A DNA stretch of 64,000 bases from Lama guanicoe. Lineage: Eukaryota. The position numbers and the translations under genes are program-made. Position 1 is the stretch's first letter. Each line of letters opens with the position of its first letter. Below, piece after piece: positions 24,325 through 36,733 of this stretch. The stretch is from NCBI GenBank assembly GCA_013239625.1, contig MU054098.1, positions 1,147,568-1,211,567 of the forward strand, in the 5' to 3' direction. The notes beneath the pieces were generated by a model, which ran no database searches, was not told where the DNA came from, and worked only from the letters and a program-made list of their open reading frames with translations.

Positions 24325-26870
24325 CAAGCAATATAATTTTAGGTTTTACATTTAGGTCTATGATCCAGTTTGAGTTAATTTTTGTATACAGTGCAAGATA
24401 AGGATCAAAATTCATTTTCTTGCATATCAGTATCTAATTAGCCAGTAACATTTGGTGAAAAAATTCTCTTTTTTCCATAGACTTTCCTTTGCACCTTGCT
24501 CAAAATCAGCTGTCCATGTATCTGTGGGTCTCTTTGTCACCTCTTTACTCTCTGCTCTATTGATTTATTTGTCTATCTCGAAGTCTAAAATCACATTGAT
24601 CTATATGTTTTATAACTATATGATCTTGCGAATCTTGAGATCAGATAGTGTTAGTCCTTCAAGTTTGTTCATTATTCTCTGACTGCTTTTAAGATTTACT
24701 CTTCATTGCTGGTTTTAAGCAATTTGATACTGACATGTCTTGTACTTTTTCTTGAGTTCTTGTGCTTAAGGCTCCTTGAACTTTTTGGATCTCTGGGTTT
24801 ACAGGTTTCATCAATTTTGGAAAAAAATTTTGGCCATTTTTTCTTGAAATATCTTTTCTGCCCTCTCCTTTCTCTCCTCTAAGGATGTGAATTATACATG
24901 TATCAGACTCCTTGAAGTTATCTCAGAGCTCAAAAATGGTCTCCTCCTGTTCCCATTAGTAGGATGGTTTTTTTCTTTGTTTTGCTTTGGAAAGTTTCTA
25001 CTGCTATGCCTTTGAGTTCATTCATCTTTTCATCTCCAATGCCTAGTCTGTCATTAATCCCAACCAGTGAATTTTTAATCCCATACATTGTAGTTTTCAT
25101 CCCTAGATGCTTTATTTGAATGTTTAACTATCTTTCATGACTCTGCTGATCTTTATGTACATATATAATACAATTGTAAAAACTAGTGTAATGTTCTTAT
25201 ATGCTACCATTTAATATCTAGGTAAATTTCAATTGTTTAATTCTTATCTTCATTATGAGTTGTGTTTTCCTGCTTCTTTCCATGCCTAGTAAGTTTTTAA
25301 TGGATGCCAGAATTTTTGAGATTGCCCTTGTTGAGATTTTATATATATATTTCATATATATATATATTCTTATAAATAAAAAATCTCATATATATATATA
25401 TTCTTGAGCTTTGTTCTGGGATACGTACAGTTACTTGGAAATGGTTTGATCCTTTCAAGTCTTGCTTTTAAGAACTGTAAGGCAGGAACGGAGCTATGAT
25501 TGGTTCAGCTCTATATTCCCCATTAACGAGCCAAGACCCTTCTGAGTAACCTGACCAGTGCCCCATGAACAATGCGGTTTTGCAGTCTGACTTCTGGCAA
25601 AGGCACCATTCGCGGTCCCCTGTATGTGCCAAGTACTGTGCTCTCTAATCTCTGAGGACTTTTTCCCTCAGTTCAGGTAGTTTCCTCACACACATGATCC
25701 GGTAAGCCACTCAGTACAGTAGTCTCTCCTTATCCATGGTTTGGCTTTCTGTGGTTTCAGTTATCTGTATTCAACAAAGGTCCAAAAATATTACTTGGAA
25801 AATTCCAGAAATAAACAATTCCTAAGTGTTGCACTGCACACCATTCTGTTCTGAGTAGCACGATGAGATCTCACACTGTCCAGCTCTATCCTGCCGGGAA
25901 TCCCCAGCCATCAGTACCATCTGCTCCTGATAGCTAATTATTGACATCGTCATGGCTAGATGATCCAAGATCACCCAAAGCAGATGATCCTCCCTCTGAG
26001 AAATCATTAAAAGGTCAATAGTAGCCTAACACTACGTCACCATGCCTACTCATTCACCTCACTTCATCTCATCACGTAGGGACTTTATTATCTCGTATCA
26101 TCACAAGAAGAATGGCAAGTACAGTAAAATATATTTTGAGGAGAGAGAGACCACATTCACATAACTTTTACTACAGTATATTGTTGTAATTATTATATTC
26201 TAATGTAGTATTAGTTATTAATTATGTTATTCTCTTACTGTGCCTAATTCATAAATTAAACTTGATCATAGGTATGTATGTGTAGGCAAAAGAGTGTACA
26301 TAGGAGCTGGTACCATGTGTGGTTTCAGGTATCTACTGAGGGTCTTGGAAAATATCCTCTGGGGATAAGGGGGAACTACTATATTCTTTTTAATATTCTA
26401 AGTTCTCTCTGTGTGTGAAGAAAGTAAGCTGTGCCTGAGGGCTGGCTTACACAGGCTTAGCTTTTTTGGTACTCATAAAAATTTTTACTACTCGCAAGTT
26501 TCCTTGTCATTTCAAATGTCTCATGTTCCTGACATTCATTAGAACTTTACAACCACTCTCTCTTCTCCAATACATGGCCCTACGTATTCTAGTTAACTTG
26601 GTTTCTCCAGACTCTCAGCTCCTCAACACACGGACTCCACAGGATTCTGCCTGGCTTTCCCCTACCTGCACTATGGCCCAGAAACTCTCAAAGCAGTAAA
26701 CTGGACAAATCATATGGCTCACTTCATTTAACTACATTTCAGGGTTTATTGTGTTTGACTGCCTGATGTCCAATGTCTTGTTACTATTCTTTCATATACT
26801 TTGCTCTGTTTTGTTTGTATGTTTATTTTAGGAAGGAGGTTAAATCTGATCCCTCTGACTCCACTTTTTC
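24325..26870 (-). mobile_element. Old L1M-type element (antisense; ORF2 piece, then ORF1/5' region) interrupted by a Tigger element
   Basis: ORF 24227-24415 contains L1-like DPYLALYTKINSNWIIDLNVKP. T-rich antisense ORF1-like sequence follows. Confidence 0.75.
25717..26381 (+). mobile_element. MER44-like (Tigger/TcMar) non-autonomous DNA transposon
   Basis: Terminal inverted repeats cagtagtctctccttatcc and ggataagggggaactact, flanked by TA at 25715-25716 and 26382-26383. Confidence 0.9.
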
Positions 26871-27381
26871 CTCCACCCATTTAACCTTATATTTAGGTGT
26901 AAGAAGATAACCTTTTTGATGACTCAGAAATTCTAGCTCTACTTTGCATGAACTCATTTAGATAGCATCCAATTGACTAATTGAATATTTTAGTCTTTAT
27001 TTGACATGCTATAGCTACTGAAATCCTCATTTTGTTTATTTCATGGCTTAAGGCACTGAGAGCCAATACTTGATATTATCATCATTAATTTATATGAATA
27101 TTCATCAGAGCATTTTGTAATAATTGCAGGAATTAAAAAAACACTGCAAATATCCAATAATGGGAATGTTAAATACATAAGGTGAAAGATTATATAGCCA
27201 TTACATAAAATGTTTTTTAACAATATTTAATTCCATTGGAAAATGTTACTATGTAATGTTAAATGAAATTCCACATATAATTAAATGTCAATTTCATTAA
27301 TACATAAATACGCATTTTAAAAATTGGATGAAAATGCATTAGCTTCTTAATAATAATAGTGGTTATCTCAGGGTTAAATGC

Positions 27382-27778
27382 TGTAGTCATTAAATGTTAT
27401 TTGTTAAAATTCTGACCTTCCCAACACCTGATAGGATTGCATTTCCTGGCCTCCTTTTGGTCGGATGGAACTATATAGCTACTTCTTGCCAGTGGATTGT
27501 GAGCAGAAATAATAAAATGTTACTGCTGGGATGCAGCATTTAGTTGGCATTGTGAGACCTTCCAAAATCCCTCAGCAGCTGACATGACTAAGAGTAATTA
27601 GCGTTCAACTCAGTTGCTGGCTCGCCAAACTCAGCCTTGAGTGACTGTTATAAGTAGAAACTCTCCTTGCCAAATCACAACCGACAGGTAGAATGAGCAA
27701 GCAATTCATCTTTGTTGCTTTAGCAACTGAGATTTGGGGGTTGCTTTTTATAACATGAACTAGACTATCTTCTTAATA
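27382..27778 (+). mobile_element. Old MLT1-type MaLR LTR
   Basis: 3' motif ctttgttgctttagcaactgagatttgggggttg. Confidence 0.65.
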
Positions 27779-28239
27779 TATTTCTGTTTTTTCCAAAATA
27801 TACACAATGAGCTTGAATTAATCTTTTGATACAAAAATTCCTTACTATTTGCTTATTTCATTGAATGAAAGGTGACATCAATTGTAAGAAATACCAATAT
27901 TTTATGGACCCCTAAGAAAGAACAAATGTTGTAAATTAAACTATGACTTAATGCTTTAATGATAGTTCATGAATTATTTGAATTGAGTGCATCAGTCTCT
28001 TGTTGCTTTCCAATTTCTTTGATTGGCTACAAACGATTTGGCTATTTCTTCTGTCATCTGCCTTCAGTTACGTTACTAGATGTATAAATATTCATTTTCC
28101 ACATATATCAAAAAGAATGCAATGTCATGTAATACTGGTTCATCCACATGTAGGCATCTTTATTTCTTAAATTGCATAAAACTTTTGGTTTGTTCTTTGA
28201 AACAAAACTAGGAATTTGTCATTCTTCTAGTCATCATGA

Positions 28240-28750
28240 ATATATTGCTGCTGTAACAAATTGCTACTAAATTAGTGGCTAAAAGCAGCACACTTTTTTT
28301 TTTTAATCTTACAATTATGGAGGCCAGAAATCTTAAGAGTCTCAATGGGCTAAAGTCAAGTTGTCAAAAGGGCTGCATTCCTTCTGGAAGCTCTACTTGA
28401 CAATCTGTTTCTTTGCCTTTTCCAGCTTCTCGAGGCTGCCCACATTCCTTGGCTCATGGTTCCATTCACAGTTGGCAATGTTGGGTAAATTCTCACACTG
28501 CCATCTCTCGGAGACTCTCTTTTGTAGTCACATCTCCTGCTGATTCAAGCTCCTGCCTCTGTCTCCCACTTTTAAGTACCCTTGTGATTACACTGACTTT
28601 ACCCTGGTAATCCAGGACAAACTCCCTATTTTAAGGTCTTCTGATCAGCAACTTTAACTACCCTTTGCTATACAAGATAATATATTCACAGGTTCCTGGG
28701 ATTAGGATGTGGACATCTTTGTGGAGGGAGGCATTATTCTGTTTACCACA
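28240..28750 (-). mobile_element. MLT1-type MaLR LTR (antisense)
   Basis: ttgctgctgtaacaaattgctactaaattagtggctaaaa ... tattcacaggttcctgggattaggatgtggacatcttt ... attctgtttaccaca. Confidence 0.85.
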
Positions 28751-31489
28751 ATCACTAATATGAAATTCAGGCCTCTGCTCTTTTTCAGTCCCTTCCTGCA
28801 TACTCAATAACTTTTGCCTCAATGACAAATCACATGATAGGTTTTTTGGACATATTTTTAATCAATGCATATAGTACCAAGAAAAGTAGACAACATTATT
28901 GCAGTGATGACCATATGAATACCTATCATCAAATGTCACCATGTAGATGATGACAACCAGCTTACCCCTTGTTGATGGTAAGATGCTATAGATTTTTTTA
29001 GAATGTATCACTGTATCAAAGACGCCGAATGTTGAGAAACTGTGTGTGTGTCTTAGAATCAATTACATATAGCATATGCAAAGGAATAATCAACAGATCT
29101 GTCAGCTAATCATCTGACAGGTCTCTAAAGAATGTAACACACACAAGATGAGCTTTGACAGGAAAAACAGAGCAAGAACATGAGCTTAGTCTATGTTGAA
29201 TAGTGAAAAAGAGGCGTGAGGACACTGCATGCCTGTGTCATAAGACACTGAAATGAGGGCTGAGATGACCAGCATACACACTGATTGAAATGTAAATAAT
29301 CCCATACTCATTCAAAAAAAGAATGCTTCAATAAATATTCAAGAAAATTTTCCATTTTTATAAACTAGGCTTGCTTCCTACATGTGTTTATCTATTTTGA
29401 CATTTTGAATTGCACAGGAATGAATGTGCTTTGAAGAGTGATTCATTAAAAAATTGAAATCATGCACCATAAATCAGATAATGGGTATAAAATGATTTCA
29501 CAATCCCAAGTAAAAAGTCAAGTATGCTTTTCTCAAAATCATTTTTCATAATTTCCTTTCCCTTTATATCCATGCTAGGGACACAAATTTACCAATTGTC
29601 TTGAGGTGACAAAAATATAAGAAGAGCAAACATAAACAAAACTTTACCACTGTTTACTAAATTCCTACTTTTGAAAAATAGTAAAGCTTCAAGATGCAAC
29701 TACAGACAAGACTTCAGTAATTAAGAATAATTGGGAAGAAGGCAATTCTGATTTGGTGAAAAGTCTAAATCACATAAAGTTTGAAAAGAAATATAATTGA
29801 GTTACATTCAAGTAGCAGAATAAGATGAATTTTTTAAAACCTAACCAATTTTTGGCAATTGATGGGACTTGTTTTAGTAGAAATATGACAGTGATTAGGC
29901 TCTAAATGGATAGCATGGAAAGGAATGGAAATACCCAATGGACTGGGAGTCAAGACATACGTACCTTATTCTCAGATCTGCCACTAAGAGTACTCTGTAT
30001 CCTCATCTATAAAATGAGCAGATTATAATAGATACTATCTGAGATTTCCGAAGCTCTAGAATGCTTCAAGAATTTATTTACCAGAAAATAAACGTTGCCA
30101 AAGTGGTTTTAGAGCTAAGAGCCTGAATCAGTGATTTAGGCATTCCTCACATAATCCTCTTGAAAATATTAATTTGTTTAGCAATCTTCTGTTCTAGACA
30201 TAGTTAAAAAGTAAGCCAGTCTCTGGCAAGGCTTCTTATTTTTGTTTTTAATTTGGAATTATTTTTTTACGGTATTCTGACAGCTTTCTGTAGTTTATAT
30301 TCACAGATAAACGTCGACTGAAGCAATTAGAAAAGTTAACACTCTAATAGGAAACACAAAGGGAGACTTCAGTATTTCAACCTGCTTTCATTCTGGCAAA
30401 GCATTAAAACCGTTCTTTATATAAAAATGATGCCATGCAGTCATTTTACTGTCAAAATCTGCTCTGTTCTTTAAACTGAATGACAGCAAGGATTAGAGGA
30501 ACTGATCTAGTCTGAAATATGTGTGTGGGAAGGACAGGGGATGGGGGAAGGAGGAGGAATAAACTCATAAGAATGAGGCTCAAGTTCTTTTTGGTATGCG
30601 TGTGACTTACAGCCTACTCTTCCACATTTGTGCAGCTGTAAGACTTTCCAAATCTTCTTCCTTGTCTTCCCCACCCAAGGTCTTTTCTCTATCCCTCCCT
30701 TTTATTTCCTTCACTTCCTCAACTCTCCCTCGTGATCCCAAAGTTACTCCATAGTTTGCATCCTTGCACTCCTTGTACCCTTGCATCCATCACTACTTGC
30801 ATCCATCAATACTAAAAAAAAAAGGCTTAGATGAGATGAAAGAGTGCCTATTTTGCCTAAAACTTGTTAAAATTCCAGTGAGAATGTGAAAATGGAATTA
30901 ATCTGCCAGCATCTGTCATCTTCTATTTTTCAGGACCACTTTTAATAAAAGCAGCACACAAATTTTCTTTTGTGGTTTTACACTTAGCTCTTTGCTTGTA
31001 ATGGAGAATTCTACCTAAATTGAGGGAAAAAACTAAGTCATTTGCATGCAAATACAGCAATAAGAAGAAATTGCACAAATAATGAACATGGTATATTAGC
31101 CTATCTTCCTCCTATCAGTGACCAGGAATATATTTATTCTGAATGATTCTCTGATTCATTCTAGTTATGACCATAAAAAATGTCCTAAGATGTGTATCAT
31201 TTTACATTAAATGGCAGTGACTCACAGTATATTTTCCTCACAGTATCATGAATTGTAAGGACCGTACCTGCATTGGATATGCTTAACAGTTATACCATTA
31301 AATTATAAATTGTATAAATGGACCTGGATCAGAAAGCATTTGGAAAGCTAACATTACTGTTCATGAATGGTCTGTGTATGTTTTTCTTCACGGAGCTGTC
31401 CTTCTTAAAACTGAAATCTTACTTAACAGCTATGACCACAAGTTTGTTTCCATCCACAACAATAGTGTCTCCTTTTTGGATCAGACTTT

Positions 31490-31640
31490 ATGGACTAGAA
31501 AGTGCCCTCATATCTAGTGTTTCATTTGATTCCCAGCACATCCTGCGAGGAAATAAAATCTGTGTGTTTATTTATCCCTGTTTTACAGCAGGTGACTGAG
31601 GTTCTCAGAGACTAGATTACCTGTCTAAGGATACTCAGCA
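31490..31640 (-). mobile_element. MIR SINE
   Basis: tcatttgattcccagcacatcctgcgagg...ttttacagcaggtgactgaggttctcagag. Confidence 0.65.
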
Positions 31641-32064
31641 CATATTGTCATATTGTTTTTCAAATGTTGTAATAGATGAAAAATGTATTTTGGAGATAAA
31701 CCTACTATTTGTTGTATTAACTTTAATCTGTTTTCAATCTTTATATTTAGTTTATCTTGAAATTACAAATAATGTTAAGGGTAATTTAACTTTTTTAATA
31801 TGTACCAGAGGGGCATGATTTGTAAAAGGTAGGGAAATAATATGCTAACTATTCTAATAAGTTCTGATATTGAAAATGCTTGGGGAAAATTAATGTTATA
31901 TGAAATTGGCAAGGAAATCTTAGTTTTACTTTTTCTACCATTCATTTGTAAACTCTTGCGGACAAGGCGTTTTTTTTTTTTAATGAGTTACTCTGTTTGG
32001 AATATAAACAGCTTCTCATTATTGACAGCTATCAACCAGATGATATAATAAAAGTGCTAACAAT

Positions 32065-32315
32065 AGCAACCATTTATGTAGTATTTTCTTTGTACCAAGT
32101 ATTATTCTAAAAACTTCACAAATTTTACTGATTTTTAACTCACTAACTCTCCTTAACAACCCTGTCAGGTAGGCCCTATTGTTATTCTATTTTACAGGTA
32201 TGGAAACCGAGGTACAGAGAGTTAACATACTTCCTCATGGTCACATAATTGAAACAACTGAAACTGAGGAATTCAAACCCAGGCAGTCTGGCTCCAAAGC
32301 CATGACTCTTAACCA
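32065..32315 (-). mobile_element. Near full-length MIR SINE
   Basis: ttttacaggtatggaaaccgaggtacagagagttaa...ggaattcaaacccaggcagtctggctcca. Confidence 0.85.
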
Positions 32316-32349
32316 TTAATGGATGCTGCCCTTAAAAAAGAGAAATTTC

Positions 32350-32550
32350 TAGAGTCTGACTATCTGGGTTCCAATCTTGGACCTACCCATACTAGTCATA
32401 AAACAGTTGCTTAATTATCTCTAGGCTTCAGCTTTCACATCTGTAATACTGTGATAATAATATCAACCTCATAGGGCTAATACAAAGAGGAAATAAAATA
32501 ATACATTTAATAAAACATAGCAAGACGACTGAAAACTAGTTGTTAATGAA
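32350..32550 (+). mobile_element. MIR SINE, head-to-head with the preceding copy
   Basis: tagagtctgactatctgggttccaatc...cttcagctttcacatctgtaa. Confidence 0.75.
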
Positions 32551-33543
32551 TGTTAATTTTCCATCTGAGTAACAATTTAAGTACGTCCTCGTGATAATTC
32601 TATTTCTAAATTTGGAGGTTATCATAAGCTTGTTTTTGTAACACTCTCTCATCTATGCCTCCTATCTCCCAAAGAATTGCATTTGTACCACCTAAAAGTT
32701 AACATGGCCAAAAAAAAAAAAAATCAGTCAACCAATTGATTGATTTATTCGAATGAGTTACTGATCAACCATTTTTTTTTATCTTGACTAATTTGATTTT
32801 AGACTAATATTCCTTAAGAGGCTGCTAGAGTTGATCTGGGGTATTAGGCTAAAACATCACTGTTAAATGGCACACTACATGATTAGTGTCCACCTCTGAG
32901 AAATGAATGTGTGTGTCAATTAAGGTTTGTTTAGGAGATTAAAAACAAACACCCAGAATGGAGAAATTATTAAATTCTAAACCACTATTACATTGACTAC
33001 TTTGGCTGAACATGTTTTCTTGGTATTCAACTACAGACCAAAAAATATTACATTTCCAACAGTTAAAAATAAAGTTAAGTAAGATATTATACAGCTTCTA
33101 TTATAGATAAGAAACTGTGTAGGGGTCCCAAAAAATTTCAGGAGTTTCACAATTGTTGAGTCCGTTTTCTGAAATTTGTCTGTAGTGTGCAATGTGGTAA
33201 GCCTAATTTGGAAGAGTAACCGGGCAAGATATTTCTTACTGATAACAGAAATCTTATCTAAGATGTAGTACTGAGTTATCCCAAATTCAGACCAAGCTCA
33301 TGTTTAGAGCACCAGCAAAGTTCAGCTTTGATGCATCTATTCAGATTTTGTAATAAAAATATCCAGAAAGAAGAAAAATATTTAGAAAAATATCTAAAAT
33401 AATTAATTTTAACTTACATTCAAGTTTTGTGTCATTTTGAAAAATAAAATTTTATTTTTAATCCCCTATCGATGTATGGGTCGTCATAATCTTTCAAAAT
33501 TTAGGATCTTAATTCAATTCCACTGAGAACTCTTTTATTGGTG

Positions 33544-34007
33544 TGTGAACAAAAAATACTGCAAACCAAATCAGTAAACAAAGAACGCTGAAGCCATCAA
33601 GCTGCCACCACCCCCAGTGAGGACAGGCCTGCAGCCCAGCCTCTGCACCCTGAGGGCACTTAGAATAAGAAAGGACAGGATACTGGCCCTAGACAGCTAG
33701 GTGCTTGTCAAAGGAATGAACTCAACGAGCCCCAACGTTTGCTCCCTCCCATGCATAGAAAAGCGCTACATTCTTTAACTTGCGATGTCTGGTTTTCTTT
33801 AACAGTAATCTTTATTGTTCCAACTACCTGGTCTTTGTTGTACAACTCCTATATATCCTGGCTCCTCCCCTACCTCTTTGGAGCAGCCCCTCAGAGTGAT
33901 CTGAGAGGCTGTCACCCCGGGCTCAAAGAGGTTTGAGTCCTCCGAAATGTCTGCCAAATGAAACGTAACTCTCAACTTTTAGGTGGTGCATTTTATTTCA
34001 GTCGACA
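33544..34007 (+). mobile_element. ERV1-like solo LTR
   Basis: TG...CA termini (ends cagtcgaca), imperfect 4-bp TSD ggtg/ggta, TATA-like ctatata near 33850. Confidence 0.8.
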
Positions 34008-36619
34008 GGTACCTCTGTGATCTAAGTGGCTAATCACTGAATGGAGTGTGTTCCGGAAGAGGGTCTTGGAGCAAAGTTAGCGTAAGTGGGAATGGGCCAT
34101 TTCTAAGGAATATTGCTAAAGCTGAACTTTTGAGTTAGGTTAAAAACTATCCAATTTCTAACTTTCAATTTTTTGCTTGCATTTTAACTATTTGAGTTTG
34201 ACAGAGAACAAGGGCTTGGGAAAGGCCAGTTGGTGAAATGCTGATGGACTGCTTCAGGGGCTGTTTTGCAGAGAATTGCCCGCCTCTTAACCCTGTGCTG
34301 CTACCTTAACACAAGCACCTGATCACTTTATCTCGCCAAGGCGGACTGTGGGAACCAGGCCCCTTTAGGCATCCTTGAAAGGCCTTTTCTCTTTGGAGAG
34401 GGCACCTTGTAAACCCTCATAATTTTGCTTCCTTGGATGCTAATTGATTTTTAAGCCTGATGGGTTTACAAAAATTAGCTACAATTTCAAGTTGCCTTTG
34501 ACATATTCAAGTATCCAAATGGAAAGACTGATGTTCTCTTTTGGGTGACTTAGACTTTTTCTATATAATCCCAGTTTCATATTGGAGCATTGAGGTTGAA
34601 TATAGCCATTTTTTGAAATGGACATTCATTGCATGTTAACAGATTTCAGTCACTGGGGCAGGGAAAAGGCTGTTGTATTTAAGAGTTTCTCTTTAGGAAG
34701 CAGAAAATAGTTCAAGCTTACAAAGGGCAAAAACAGGGTTTTTACTCCCTCACTACGATGATTAGCGCTCCTATGTACCCATACGCACGCAGGCTTTTCT
34801 GGGATTATGTAAAGAAGTTATCAATTGCTCAAAATAGTGATCCTGCCTAAGGTGATCCTGGGCTTAACTGGAATTAGACCTCAGAGCCTGGAATTAATTC
34901 CCAGAAACTTCCTACTATACAACAAAGGTCATATATATACACCGAAGTGTACACACGTGGGCACACACACACACACATACACACAAATTGTGAAAACTTT
35001 ATTACTTCAAAATATGCCTTGATATTTACTTGAATTTTGGCTGACCCAATTTATTTTATTTTTTGTTACTCTCTACTCTGGAATAACTTCCCTTCAAGCT
35101 TGCTCATTCTTTTCCAGGATGCTGATGGCTCAGTGATTTAGGTTGGCATGCTTGGATATGAACACAATTGGCTAGATGTATGCAAGCATAAGAAGAAAAG
35201 TTAACCAAATCATTCTTATTCTCCTTTCATCTCAATCTAGAAAAATAGTGTTTTTTTTTTTGGAGGGACAATTCTGAGAATTGTTCAAAATTGTGAAGAA
35301 ATGTTTAAAATTGCTTTAATTTTTTAAGAACTAGTTAAATAAATATCTATACGTTTTCACAGATGACAAAATGATTAAAGTGCTCAAGTCATGCTCTTCC
35401 AAAAATTGGAATTTCAAAAATATTAACATTACTGTGTTTCCCCTCTTCAGCTCATTCTATAAAAATAAAAAAATTAAAAAGGAAAGAAAGGTAAATTAAA
35501 AAATAAATAAAAGAATAAGCTTAAAACCAAAGTAAAGCTTCTCTTGGGGTAAGCAATTTTCGAATAACATAAATATCTACTTAAGTCTGAAGAAATATTT
35601 TCTATTAGTAGTGTCGTGTATGTGGTTTTATTTAATAGTTATCTTCATGTATTTGAGTAAATTCCCTCATAACTAAAGTAAACTTTACAGAAATCTTAGA
35701 AACCTCTGAAGCTGTGAATCTTCTTTACTGAATCTTCTTTATGTATAGCATAAAACACATCAAAATGGTCACGTGTGAACTTATCAAACAGAAATGTTGT
35801 GAAGATTAAAGTAACAGCCCATCCTCTGCTTGACGGGAAAAGCTCTGAATGACATGAACAATGGCAATGTCTTGATTCCTTGTCAGGAAATCACAATTCA
35901 AATCCTTATGAATATATTCACAATGCTGCTTGGGAAAAGAACTCTAGCTTTAATATTGAAGCATCACAGAGCTTTTGTCATGTTATTGAACTAGGGAATA
36001 TTTTGATTTTGGCCCCTTTGATAATGGCTCAGTTATACATTTTAAAAAAACATTGCATATGTAGAATAGGGATTTTGAGTGAATAGTGGGGTTAGAGGGA
36101 GGGTTCTCTATATAATTTATATAAATATAAATATAAATATATATATAAAATTAATGAATCAGCCTAGCTGAAGACTGAAGAACTGACAAAAAAAAAAGTA
36201 GGAAGATAGGAGTTACTCATTAGTTAGTGAAATCAAGTTGTTAGAGCTTTAAGATTAGTCTTAATTGGATATACACATTTAGAGCCTAATTGAGAAACTC
36301 TCTTCAAATCCATGTTTGCTAACATTAGTAATTTATGAAATATTTGTTTATTATAAACAACAAAAAATGCCTATTCCAAGAATGTCATTTTCAAATTACT
36401 TTTCATGAATGAGAATTCTTTACTTGTGTTTACATGGTGAGCTCTGTCAATGTATGCCCGAACACCTGCAAATAAAGCCTCTGACTCCTATTTCAGAAGT
36501 AGATTGTGATGTTTCAAATCACATTTCAGGAGGGAGATTCCAAGATCAGTTTATTTTCTCCTGAGTACTTTCACTGCAATTAAACACAAGTTGCCACCAG
36601 GCGGAATTTTCATGACAGC

Positions 36620-36733
36620 TAGGATCACCACATGTCCCAGGTTGCTTATGTCTGTTGTCCCACATTATTAATAGCCTATCCCTTTTCACTCTTAAGTTTC
36701 CAAATTTGGACAACTGATTTTCTGGTCACCCTA
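36620..36733. mobile_element. Small hAT-Blackjack-like DNA element (MER81/MER94 type)
   Basis: Degenerate terminal inverted repeats taggatcacca and tggtcacccta. Confidence 0.5.

Noticed and set aside
28875..28977. Exon-like segment reading VDNIIAVMTI*IPIIKCHH with a GTAAGA donor, reminiscent of the nucleotidyltransferase RVPIIK motif
   Set aside because: Weak acceptor, in-frame stops and no supporting neighbouring exons.
30756..30813. Degenerate ttgcatcc short tandem repeat, and similar micro-duplications near 7055, 13005 and 35715
   Set aside because: Ordinary slippage products with no regular repeat-spacer structure, so not CRISPR-like.
32065..32550. Head-to-head MIR pair as a possible dsRNA hairpin
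   Set aside because: The copies are too diverged for extensive pairing, and adjacent MIRs are common.
36591..36606. CTCF-like motif ttgccaccaggcggaa
   Set aside because: Mismatch at a conserved core position and off-spacing of the upstream motif; such matches occur by chance.
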